Of a DNA stretch of 64,000 nucleotides, positions 25,919 through 38,683 are shown one piece after another (the stretch's first letter is position 1; the number at the start of each line of letters is the position of its first letter). The notes beneath the pieces were generated by a model. That model searched no databases and was not told where the DNA came from. It worked only from the letters and a program-made list of their open reading frames with translations. Source of the DNA: Lingula anatina (lineage: Eukaryota > Animalia > Brachiopoda); contig CM120644.1 of NCBI GenBank assembly GCA_051362555.1, forward strand, positions 10,176,954 to 10,240,953, written 5' to 3'. Both the position numbers and the translations under genes were made by a program.

Positions 25919-28900
25919 ATGAGTCAGAGACAAGTGTTGCAAGGTATGTAACGAGTTTTACGTTTTAAATTGTTTAAAATTGAGTGTTTGAACTTTCTGC
26001 TGTGCTGGAGTTCTGACTGCAAAATTGCAATGACTGCCAATCACACTCAAGGCAGTTTGCTTTTCTTTTAAACTAAACTTAAACATTTCATGTTACATAT
26101 AAATGCTGACATTGAAAGTTAGCCATTTGAAATAATTATTAGGGGCACGAAATTTTGAGCTCCAGTTTAATATTCGTTCTAAAACATGCGATTCTCATGA
26201 ATAATTTTCCCCTAATTTTTTTTACACCATTTTGACTATTTGCTATGAATTTTTGGGAACATTGATACAGTTTCAAACATACCTATATTTATAACTATAA
26301 TACTTATAATTAATGATTTCCTTTTCAGTTTTTGAGCAATACCAAAAAGCTCGCACACAATTTGTGCAAACAGTGGCAGAACTTGCTTCAAGGCCACAGA
26401 ATATTGAAACCCTGCAGAATGCTGGTGTGATGTCCCTGCTGCGCCCACTTTTGCTGGACATAGTGCCCACTATACAACAGACTGCAGCTCTGGCCCTAGG
26501 AAGACTGGCCAACTACAATGATGATCTGGCTGAGGCAGTGGTCAAAGGGGACATTCTCCCACAGTTGGTGTACTCTTTGGCAGAGCAGAATGTAAGTTTA
26601 TATATTTATCATACAGATATATTTGTGTTCATGAATCAGTTTGTCATATATGATTATAATTCTTCCACTGACAAAGGGACACTGAGCTATACCCAGCAAT
26701 ATGACAGGAGAAAAAATAACTTGACTTATTTTTGTTATAATTGTTAAGGTTTTAGTAGAAAAGCATGTGTAACTAATTTATTTTCGCAGTTTACAGATGT
26801 ACTAGAATGATTAATTTTTTTAACACATAAGAATTTTGATCCAAATTTTTCAAAGGACCTTTCTTTTAAATTTATTTCATAAGCCCTGAATAAAAAAAAT
26901 GAATTGAAGAACTTACTATTTATAACATAATAATATATTCAGAGATTCTACAAGAAAGCAGCAGCTTTTGTTCTGCGAGCCGTGGCCAAGCACTCCCCAC
27001 AGCTTGGCCAGTCTGTGGTGGACTGTGGGGCACTGGACGCTCTGGTCATCTGTCTGGAGGAGTTTGACCCTGGGGTCAAGGAGGCCGCTGCCTGGGCCCT
27101 AGGATACATTGCAAGACATAATGCAGGTCAGGGAATATCATGGTTCATGTGGAGATTAACTGCCTGTTGTCTGTGGTGGCATGTTGAACATAGCTGTACA
27201 AAATAGTATTATAGATGTCTGTATAAAAAATTACATTAGATTTTAACAAAAATTATATGCAAATTATTGAGTTTCTATTACTAGTAAACAGTTAACATCA
27301 ATTTACATCAAGAAAACTACTGGTGTTGCAGTTTTTAAGTTTGGATTTTTTACAGATAATTTTTTTCTATATTTTTATTTATTGAATTATTATTATTCAC
27401 GTTGCTGCAATTATAATAATAATACATTGTTTGTCCTTACAGAGCTGGCACAGGCTGTAGTGGATGCTGGGGCCGTTCCTCTTCTGGTTCTCTGCATCCA
27501 GGAACCTGAGCTGTCACTGAAGCGTGTGGCAGCCTCCGCTCTGAGCGACATCTGCAAGCACTCCCCTGAGCTGGCCCAGACTGTGGTAGACGCTGGTGCC
27601 ATTGCTCACCTGGCTCAGATGGTCCTCAACCCTGACGCCAAACTCAAGGTGAGGAAATGGAATATGGGATTTTAAATAATGTTATAACTGTAGAACTGGC
27701 ACAAGTTAAATGGAAAGAAAGTTATTTGTAAAAAAAGATTTCATTTGACCTAATGTCATAAGTACATATACTTAGGATATAGGATTTAGTGGTGAAAATG
27801 TGCTCTTGTTTAATTATACAGCTATTTGTAATTTGGTAAACAAAATCAGAAATCTTATAATATTTTGTGCAGTTGAAAAGAAAAAAAAGCTGATATTACT
27901 TATTTAAATGTGGAGGGATATAGAAAACAATATATTTATTTACAATTCTCAAACTAGATGAAAAAAAATCAGTATAATAACGTAAGATTTGTTTTCTTTC
28001 CCCAGCGCCAAGTGTTCTCTGCTCTCAGTCAGATCGCCAAGCACTCTGTAGACCTGGCTGAGATGGTTGTGGAGGCGGAGATCTTCCCTGCTGTGCTGAC
28101 CTGCCTGAAAGACCAAGATGAATATGTCCGCAAGAATGTGGCTACACTAATCAGAGAGATTGTCAAACACACACCAGAGGTTTGTAACTGTGCTTCTCTT
28201 AGGTACACAAATAAATAGATAAATAAATTATACTCTAGCACTTTTGTGTTGTATGATTATTGGACTGTGCTAGTTTCTGGGCTAATTGTATAAAACATAA
28301 TGAATATTGCCATTCTTGACTTACTGAAATACAAATTGGCATTCTTTTCATTCGCTGCAATTTTAGCATCCCTTATTAAATAGAAAATGTACATTATATG
28401 CATATAAGGTGAAGTCCTTTCGCACCCATTGTTACGATATTTATTTTAACAAGTATGGTCTTTTCTTTCCATTTTAAGAAGGATAGCAGTTCATGAGAAT
28501 CAATAGTCCGTTATTTCACAATCTTTTAACATCTGATGTGATATTATTTGTTAAGGTGATCTTACTGAGTGTAGCAAACCAGTGGGTTATCTTAACGGTT
28601 ACAAACCTTTATAATTCCAGCTTGCCCAGCTGATAGTGAATGCTGGTGGTGTGGCTGCAGTGGTGGATTACGTCGGAGACTCCAAGGGTAATGTGCGTCT
28701 CCCTGGAATCATGATGCTGGGATATGTGGCCGCACACTCTGAAAACCTCGCCATGGCTGTTATTGTGTCAAAAGTAGGTTTTTAAATGCCTTTCTCTTCT
28801 TTTTATTGGAGATGAAATGTATGTCATGCTTCCCTCTTTTAATTGACTCATGATACCCATTTCTCTTTATGGAAGAAATGTGAGAAATGGGTTTTGGGGT

Positions 28901-30507
28901 CTTTAAGACCTGATAACTTGGCTTTCTCTAGTGAATGATAAATTGGATTTACTAAGTAAAATAAAATCATTTAAAAGTAACTATAGCATTTGGAAAATTA
29001 ATGAATAAATAATGACAATTATAATGACCAAAACAAAGCTGAAAAATCAGTCAATAAGTTGCTAGTAAACTTATAATTTTCATGTCATTCTTTCCCAGGG
29101 TGTCGTGCAACTTGCTATAGCATTATCAGAAGAACCAGAAGACCATATCCAGGCTGCAGCGGCCTGGGCACTGGGTCAGATAGGCAGACACACGCCAGAA
29201 CACGCCAAGGCTGTGGCAGTGGCCAATGTACTCCCCAAACTACTTCATTGCTATCTTAGAGCTGACTCTTCAGAAGACCTGCAAACTAAGGTGATTTTGG
29301 GGAGCCTGTGTTAAAGTTTTCTTAAGTCTCTGTAATTTTTTTCTTTTATATTCATGGGACTGCTTGATAGTTTTGATGAAAGTGTTTTGGTATCGAACAT
29401 TTTCTTTTTTGAAAAAGGAATGCTTTGTAGTAGTTTTAATGGATTTTTAAAGATATGCATTACATGATTATTTTTTAAAATACAAATTGTGTATGGAATT
29501 TCATATTGCAGAAATTTATATCATTTTTTTTTGGAAAAAATCAGTTTAATTATGTAGGATATCATCAAGATTATTTGCCATCCTTTTCAGTCCAAGAAAG
29601 CATTGAAAAACATCCTGCAGAAATGTGTCCACCTCCCTGCCTTGGAACCCCTCCTCCACGACGCTCCTCCAAACATTCTCAAGCACGTTGTCGGTCAGTT
29701 CAGCAAAGTATTACCACATGACTCCAAGGCACGCAGGTTATTTGTTACTAGTGGCGGGTTGAAGAAAATACAGGAGATCAAGGCAGACCCAGGATCAGCA
29801 CTGGCAGAGTATATTAACACAATCAACAATTGCTATCCAGAAGAAATTGTCAAGTAAGTAGATTTGTGTGTCATTTTAGTAGCCTCCCCCCCTTATCTAC
29901 TACCACATACAGGGGCGAATCCAGAGATATTTTCTGACAGTCTTCCAAATAATCTTTGTTGATCCATCCTCCACTTTTGACCTTATTTCGATAGAAAAAA
30001 ATCGAAACCTGTCAATGTAACCTGCAAAAATCTTATCGTCTTCCGGAAGACGTCCCAGAAGACGGCCTAAATCTGCCCCTGGCATATCCCCTTTTTGGAA
30101 AATTAGAATCCTGCTATGGATGTTGTTGTTGATTATCTTGATAAACACATCTTCGCAAAAACTGTCAGTCCATGTAATGATTTTCAGCCCACAGAATTTC
30201 TTTTTAATTTTTATTTTATTCCTGTTTGATAAGTAAAACATGTATTAATGATATATCAATAGGAACTGAAAATTTCACCTGTATGGAAAATATAACATGA
30301 AGGTCTATACACTATTTCCACTGATTTTTGTTTGTAAAAAAGAATCAGTGCTTTCTTATTTAATCATCCCAGATTTATTGTATATCTCGTGTGTAGTTAT
30401 TAATCAATATATAAGTTTATTTATTTTTAACTTCTTCCAGGTATTACTCCCCTGGTTACTCTGATACTCTCTTGGACCGTGTAGAGAGCTACATGCCGCA
30501 GGACTAA
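25919..30507 (+). CDS. SPAG6: Sperm-associated antigen 6 (PF16), armadillo-repeat axonemal central-apparatus protein
   Basis: Exons 25919-25943, 26329-26591, 26943-27126, 27443-27648, 28006-28179, 28621-28773, 29099-29290, 29591-29853, 30441-30507. N-terminus MSQRQVLQVFEQYQKARTQFVQ, C-terminus YYSPGYSDTLLDRVESY. Confidence 0.97.
29910..30081 (+). mobile_element. ~170-bp MITE in last SPAG6 intron
   Basis: TIR CAGGGGCGAAT ... ATCTGCCCCTG. Homologous to 9920-10087. Confidence 0.7.
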
Positions 30508-31418
30508 ATTACGATGACAACTTATTTTTTACGAACTGAACATTTGTAACCAACTCACCTGTTTCACCATCTGGAGGAGGACTGACTTTTCAGATTACTT
30601 CTTTAAAGTTACTGACAGTGAGGAAATGAATCAACTTTCTCTTTTGAAGGACAATGCAGTCACAGATTAAAATCACTGAACCTGTTGAAGATAACTTCTT
30701 GGCCTAACTTACCATGGATTTTTGGTATTCAGTTTTGTCAGTTAAAATAATTGAAAGAAAGTGTTCTAGAATTAGTTTGAAAAATGGAAACAGTTAAAGA
30801 AAATATTTTTTTGTTTTGCCTCAAAGGATATGTGATATCATAGTAGTACATTTGGCAATGCTATTTTTGAAACTAATTATAAAAGAGTTAATAGGTTAGA
30901 AACTACATACTATAAATATATGTTATATTTGTCATGTTTGTGTGTAAATTCATGTAAATAAATCATTTTGTTGAAAAAGTCATTCAGGGATGTTTTTTTC
31001 TGGAAATCCCTTACAGAACGTTATTTGTACTAATAATTTACCTAGTACAAAGTAAGTGGATAAAGCTGAATTTTTTAAATCCAATAATTATTCTGAAAAA
31101 AAAAGATAAATAGGCCGGCGGTGACCTGTTGATGTGTTGGATAAATTCACATAACATCGTCTGCTGCGTCAAGTTGAATGCAGTAGGTGTGCGCACTAGC
31201 CTGACTGCAATGTGTTAGCTGTGAAACTCTTTTGTAGAAAGAGACAAGAAAACACATATCAAAAGACGCCATAACTCCAATGACTCTGCTAGAAGCCGGT
31301 AACCGGGAGTAAATCCAACTCATCTCGGTGTCTGTTAAGAGTAATCGAAAATAGCGGTAGTGCGTTTTAATTAAGCTATATATAATTTATCCATCAGGGA
31401 TATACTTACGGCTTCAAA

Positions 31419-34400
31419 ATGGTGAGTATTGGTAAAAATTGCTTTGTTTACGCTAAAGTTCTTCTTGCAAAATATCAATCACAATGACTTGTCAAATATG
31501 AATCTAGAGCTAGTTTTGCACAGAGTGGTTTGGGGAATCAGTAGCAATGAACACAATGTTTTCGAAATGTAACCATTTGATAGAATGTGGCTATTACTAG
31601 CAGCACAACTTAAATTTACCATTATTGAATGATAATTGACTGTCGCTGACAGGTCATTCTTGTGCTGGTTACCGTTATGGTTGTATTTAGTACAACTACA
31701 AAAATTTTAATCGGCATACTTTACCCATTGTTGCGATATGCGTTTATCATTCCGTTAACAGCATTTCGAGAGAATTATATTAGCTCTTGCCAGTCTAAGA
31801 CCAGACTGCAATGCTGTATTTCTCTTATTGATGAACATAAAATCTAATTTTTTACTTGGTCCATGGACCACATGCTCAATACTACAGAATTGCCCTGTTT
31901 TCAGTATTGTCATAGTGATAATGGCAGCCTTCTGTCAGTTGAATGTTTTTTTGGGAATCTTTGATGTACTTTTATATTGTTCTGATATAGTGATAGGGTC
32001 CGAAATAACCTGCAGTTCAAAATCTTTTGTAATTCCTACTTTAATGTAGAGTTGAAGACGGAAAATAATAATAAAAAAAGTGTAGTCTTAGGTGTGCCAT
32101 GAAATATTAATTTTTTTGCAATCCACCCCTATAACTTAATGTATATACTACCATGTGCTTCCAGAGTATAATGTCATATAATGGAGCCGCCATCATGGCT
32201 ATGACAGGAAAGGACTGTGTTGCCATAGCATCTGACTTGAGGTTTGGTATCCAGGCACAGACTGTCAGTATGAACTTTCAGAAGGTCTTTGAGATGGGAC
32301 CAAGGCTATACATAGGACTGGCGGGGCTGGCCACTGATGTACAGACAGTGTAAGTGAAGATGCTCTAACCACAAAATAATTAAAGACCAAAAAGGATATA
32401 AATGATAAATGGATAAAGTCGGATGTGATGAAAACATGCATTTTGTTTCACAGTTTTTATTTGAACTTTGATATGAAAGAAAACCACAGAGGTGAAATCT
32501 TTCGTTGTTGTCTATTTTGTTTTCTCTTATTTTTCAGAGCACAGAGGTTGAAGTTTAGAATAAATCTTTACGAGTTGCGAGAAAACAGAAGAATAAAGCC
32601 AAAGACACTAATGAGTGTAGTTTCAAATTTACTCTATGAAAGAAGGTAATGTTTCAGGGATGGGGATAAACATAATGCTAATTTAATTTTAATCATATGA
32701 TGAATTGTTTCATTTTCCAAATACAATTTTTAAAAAAAGTAGTCTAGATGTTTTAGTTCTGTTGATATACCTTTGACACTAGTCTTGGCTGAGTCCTGGA
32801 ACGTTATGTAATATGTTATTTCCACACAAAACTGTGAAATTCATGGCCGCCTTTGGTTAATTAATTTATGCTTATAAAGTATATATAATCTCTCCAGATT
32901 TGGTCCCTATTTTACGGAACCAGTGATAGCTGGTTTAGACCCCAAGACAGGGAAACCATTCATAGCATCACTGGACTTGATAGGCTGCCCAATGATCACA
33001 GAGGATTTTGTCGTCTCCGGGACATGCTCAGAACAGATGTATGGCATGTGCGAGTCGCTATGGGAACCAGACATGGTGAGGCGAGAACATGTGTTTGAGC
33101 TAGACCTTGTTTAACAACAGCAACAAACAACAACAACAACAAAGTCCTTGACACTTCAAAAAAATAATTAATTTTGTAATTTTCCAGTTTGAACATGGGT
33201 TATGATATATGAGGCATGTTTTGAGCAACATAAATGCATGGTGTTAATATGTAATGTGTTAATGCTGTACAAATTATATCAGACCCCTGTCTTGTTTAGG
33301 CCGTTTCCCCAAGTTATGTTTTAAAAGGGAATTTTTAAAATTTTTAAAAGGGGGTGGGGTGTAGTAAACTATCATTCTGTTCCATGGGCATTCTGCTTGA
33401 ACCTTAGCCTTGTGTTAGAAGTTGAAGGATGCTATGGTTATTTCAAATGAGGTGTAGTAAATCTATTTATCATTCTAGTCTTCTGAAGTCCTGTTTGAAG
33501 CTATATCCCATATATTTTTGTTTCCTGGTGTTGTTTGAGAAGGGAGAAAGTGCAATATTTATTTATTTATTGTACCACCAGCGTTAGCGCTGGCGGTACA
33601 CATGGTTTCGGTCTCGTCCGGATCGTTCCGCCGGCTCCGCCGGCTCCGCCGGCTCCGCCGGACGGCTACCGTTACCGCTTCTCCTCCTAGACGGTAAGGC
33701 CCCCCATACCCATCTCATGGATTTAGGTCACCTATAATCTCAACTCGTTCCACGTAAAATTTGGGCTTTGTCGGTATTGGGGTCTGGGTGTGGCACTCAT
33801 TGCAATGCACCCTTGTCCAAAAATGGCAAAATTAAATGCTAATTATCTACCCTACGGAAGGAGTTACGGGAAAAATTTCTACAGACGGCTTTCCAAAAGT
33901 CATATGTGTAGATTTCAAATATACCCTCGGATTTGACCTTTGACCTTTACTTCAAGGTCAAATGGGCCAAAATTTTCAAAAAAATGAAATTTTTTACGAA
34001 AAAAAATTTTTTTGCCCTGTTATTCAGACACCACACAGACTTAACCAATAATATTATTGGAAAGTGTTACCCTTCAGGTCATCTTTCATCTCCGTGAATT
34101 TGGGGTCAATCGGTGCATTTTCACAGGAGTAGCGGCCATAAGATACCGAAACTGAAAACTGTCTCTAATTCGGGAACCGTTAATGCTAGAGACCCATTCT
34201 TTTTTGCATTTTGTAGAGCATGTAAAGCCCAACACTGGAGGTGGTCTCGGTTTTTTTGTATTCCATACGGTTTTCGAGTTACGCTGTATCAAAAAGTACA
34301 TATTGGTGGTGAAAGGAAAATGTACGGAAGCCCACTGGTGCCATATGTAGAAAAAAAAATTATCTCGAAATTTCGAGATACTATTTTGAAATTTGAACAA

Positions 34401-37400
34401 AAAAATTTACCACCAGCGTTAGCGCTGGCGGTACACATGGTTTCGGTCCCGTCCGGTCCGTTCCGCCGGCTCCGCCGCCATGTTACCGTTACCGCTTCTC
34501 CTCCTAGACGGTAAGGGCCCCCGTACCCATCTCATGGATTTAGGTCACCTATAATCTCAACTCGTTCCACGTAAAATTTGGGCTTTGTCGGTATTGGGGT
34601 CTGGGTGTGGCACTCATTGCAATGCACCCTTGTCTAAAAATGGCAAAATTAAATGCTAATTATCTACCCTACAGAAGGAGTTACGGGAAAAATTTCTATA
34701 GACGGCTTTCCAAAAGTCATATGTGTAGATTTCAAATATACCCTCGGATTTGACCTTTGACCTTTACTTCAAGGTCAAATGGGTCAAAATTTTCAAAAAA
34801 ATGAAATTTTTTACGAAAAAAATTTTTTTTGCCCTGTTATTCAGACGCCACACAGACTTAACCAATAATATTATTGGAAAGTGTTACCCTTCAGGTCATC
34901 TTTCATCTCCGTGAATTTGGGGTCAATCGGTGCATTTTCACAGGAGTAGGGGCCATAAGATACCGAAACTGAAAACTGTCTCTAATTCGGGAACCGTTAA
35001 TGCTAGAGACCCATTCTTTTTTGCATTTTGTAGAGCATGTAAAGCCCAACACTGGAGGTGGTCTCGTTTTTTTTGTATTCCATACGGTTTTCGAGTTACG
35101 CTGTATCAGAAAGTACATATTGGTGGTGAAAGGAAAATGTACGGAAGCCGACTGGTGCCATATGTAGAAAAAAAAATTATCTCGAAATTTCGAGATACTA
35201 TTTTGAAATTTGAACAAAAAAAATTTTTATCTCGAAATTTCGAGATAGAATTTTGAAATTTGAACAAAAAAAAAATTATCTCGAAATTTCGAGATAGCAT
35301 TTTGATATTTGAGCAAAAAAATTTATCTCGAAATTTCGAGATAGTATTTTGAAATTTGAACAAAAAAAAGTTGAATAGGAAGTCATATACTGGCAATCTT
35401 ACTGTGACCTTGACATTGACCTTTGACCTACTTTTCACCATGAACTGAACTTTGCAAATTTTGCTTCCCTTTTATCTCCAAAACTGGCAGAGATAGGTCC
35501 ATAGTTACTATTGAAGTTGAATAGGAAGTCATATACTGGCAATCTTACTGTGACCTTGAAATTGACCTTTGACCTACTTATCACCATGAACTGAACTTTG
35601 CAAATTTTGCTTCCCTTTTATCTCCAAAACTGGCAGAGATAGGTCCATAGTTACTATTGAACTTGAATAGGAAGTCATATACTGGCAATTTTACTGTGAC
35701 CTTGAAATTGACCTTTGACCTACTTTTCACCTTGAACTGAACTTTGCAAAATTTGCATCCCTTTTATCTCCAAAACTGGCAGAGATAGGTCCATAGTTAC
35801 TATTGAACTTGCATAGGAAGTCATATACTGGCAATTTTACTGTGACCTTGAAATTGACCTTTGACCTTCTTTTCACCATGAACTGAACTTTGCAAATTTT
35901 GCTTCCCTTTTATCTCCAAAACTGGCAGAGATAGGTCCATAGTTACTATTGAAGTTGAATAGGAAGTCATATACTGGCAATCTTACTGTGACCTTGAAAT
36001 TGACCTTTGACCTACTTATCACCATGAACTGAACTTTGCAAATTTTGCTTCCCTTTTATCTCCAAAACTGGCAGAGATAGGTCCATAGTTACTATTGAAC
36101 TTGAATAGGAAGTCATATACTGGCAATTTTACTGTGACCTTGAAATTGACCTTTGACCTACTTTTCACCTTGAACTGAACTTTGCAAAATTTGCTTCCCT
36201 TTTATCTCCAAAACTGGCAGAGATAGGTCCATAGTTACTATTGAACTTGCATAGGAAGTCATATACTGGCAATTTTACTGTGACCTTGAAATTGACCTTT
36301 GACCTTCTTTTCACCATGAACTGAACTTTGCAAATTTTGCTTCCCTTTTATCTCCAAAACTGGCAGAGATAGGTCCATAGTTACTATTGAAGTTGAATAG
36401 GAAGTCATATACTGGCAATCTAAATGTGACCTTGAAATTGACCTTTGACCTACTTTTCACCATGAACTGAACTTTGCAAATTTTGCTTCCCTTTTATCTC
36501 CAAAACTGGCAGAGATAGGTCCATAGTTACTATTGAAGTTGAATAGGAAGTCATATACTGGCAATCTTACTGTGACCTTGAAATTGACCTTTGACCTACT
36601 TTTCACCATGAACTGAACTTTGCAAATTTTGCTTCCCTTTTATCTCCAAAACTGGCAGAGATAGGTCCATAGTTACTATTGAAGTTGGATAGGAAGTCAT
36701 ATACTGGCAATTTACTGTGACCTTGAAATTGACCTTTGACCTACCTTACAATGAACTTAACTTTGATTGCACCATTTTTAGTTATATATATTTTTTGCAT
36801 ATTTTGAAAATTCTTGTTGATTGCATTTTTACAGCTTGTCAAGCACAAGACTGGTGACTGCACCCCTTATTTTGTGTATGTGGGGGTCTATACGAATGCG
36901 CTTGCTCCAGCTGGTGGTACAATATTCGGAGGCGGTATCGCCTCTCTGATCCTCTAGTTTATTCATCATTCCAGTCCCCCGAAGTCCTGTTTGAAGCTAT
37001 ATCACAGGCCTTGCTGAATGCAGTGGACAGGGATGCAGTGTCTGGCTGGGGAGCTATAGTTCACATTATGTGAGTGTTTTATTTTTTTTCTGGAACCAAA
37101 GATATGAAATCAGATTCATGGTAGATAAGTTCTGATAGAAAGTTGCTATTCAGAACAACTCAAAATAATGATAAATTATACCGATGATGATAATGGCAGA
37201 TATTATAAAAGGAAAAAAGGCCAATATTGTTCCATGGGTAAAACACGGATAATGTGTTAATCTGACAAAACATTAAGAATTTCTTCCACCTGACATTACC
37301 TACTGACACCACAATATTGTTCAGAATGACTACTCTCTGAGACAAGTGATAACCATAGTAGGTTGGAAAATCTTGCTTTATACTGATTGCCACATAAAGC

Positions 37401-37482
37401 GCACTGTCCTTTTCTTTGCCTTTTTTTTTCCAGAGAAAAGGATAAAGTTACCACCAAGACATTGAAAGCCAGGATGGATTGA
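31419..37482 (+). CDS. PSMB3: Proteasome subunit beta type-3
   Basis: Exons 31419-31421 (ATG only), 32165-32349, 32538-32645, 32898-33075, 36975-37069, 37434-37482. [29 protein letters not shown] ... DRDAVSGWG ... TLKARMD*. Confidence 0.97.
33569..36958 (+). mobile_element. HINE family B copy 2 with duplicated 5' half, in PSMB3 intron 4
   Basis: 5' subTIR at 33569, second 5' block restarting at about 34408, palindromic TATCTCGAAATTTCGAGATA repeats, 146-bp satellite at 35370-36750, 3' subTIR/hairpin/CTAG at 36910-36957. Confidence 0.85.
35370..36750 (+). repeat. 146-bp tandem satellite, about 9.4 units
   Basis: Same unit as 12390-13960, highly homogeneous. Confidence 0.95.
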
Positions 37483-38069
37483 TTGGACATTTATCTGACA
37501 CTAGTGACTTTGATATCTGCGGATACTGCAGGCAGGAGACGTTTAAGGAAAGTGGAATGGAGGTAGTCAAGACCAGTGGTCAGGGATAGTTAAACAAGAA
37601 GCCTTGATAGTCAGTGTTATTGATTATTATGCCATCTCTTCAGCAGGACTTGGTTTGGAATCGTCTGAGATGTTCAGTTACTACAGTCTGGGTTAACAGC
37701 TGTGAAACTGTCCAGCAAGGAGTTTGTGGCAAACGCTGTATATGTACTGTGCTCCAATGATGTCTAATTGAGCAACTGTTCACGAGATATCTCATTGACA
37801 TTATTATTTAATTCGTGTACTGACACATGCGCAGCGGAATTTTATAGTATCAAGATTATACTTTAAATAAAGTATTCTGGACTTTTTTTATAAAGTCGTT
37901 GGCTTAGCTTTCGAAATTCTCTCCCTCTGTTTAGAATAATATAATTGAAAATACTGAGGAGCATCCTCCAGCTTAACCCCCTTTACCACCGCCCTCCAAA
38001 ATATGCTATCGAGTTACAAAGATTGCAGAAATTTCAGTGGTTGCCTGCGCATGCAAACATCAAGTCTAA

Positions 38070-38244
38070 GGGGCCATTCAAAATAGGTGACTAACTAGTC
38101 CGTGGGTCAAACATGGCCGACCCACTTGAATACTTTCCCGCGGGATATCTTTTCAGTGTCTATTAGCGGATTAGATGGCAAGCTTTGTAGTGGGTCGCCA
38201 TATTTGAGCTTCGGACTAGTTAGTCCTCTGTTCTGAATGGGACC
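38070..38244. mobile_element. Palindromic MITE between the convergent 3' ends of PSMB3 and the DTHD1-like gene
   Basis: Inverted arms CCATTCA..GACTAACTAGTCCG..TCAAA / TTTGA..CGGACTAGTTAGTC..TGAATGG. Confidence 0.65.
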
Positions 38245-38683
38245 TATTGTGTTTTAAACTGGAAAGAAAATGAACGTTTGGCGTTTTTATTTCAAACCTG
38301 ACTAGTTCTATATATACACGCTTACATTCGCTATACAGAGATCACATGCGGGTTAGTCAATACAGGACGGAGGCCACTTCACTGACAACATGACACAGAG
38401 TTAACAACAAAAGCCACCTTAATTTAAATCTTTGTACTAGTGAAAATTTGATTAAGAAAGAATTTTAGTTATCAAAGTATTAAGGCTTGGGCAATATTAG
38501 TGTAGCACAGTGAGATTTGACATCTCCAAAACGAGAAAAATACCTCATGACGGGGCATGCGTTTTTTCATGCAAATGAAAGTATTTATCAGTAATTTTGA
38601 TCTTTTAACCGTTTGCAGGTATGGAATTATAGTTCATTTTTTGAAAAAAATGTTTATGGCAAACAGCTCCGCCTATTGGGGAA

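Noticed and set aside
34086-35441. Repeated ~105-133-aa ORFs
   Set aside because: They lie within non-coding HINE family B sequence, have no Rep/helicase motifs, and vary between copies.
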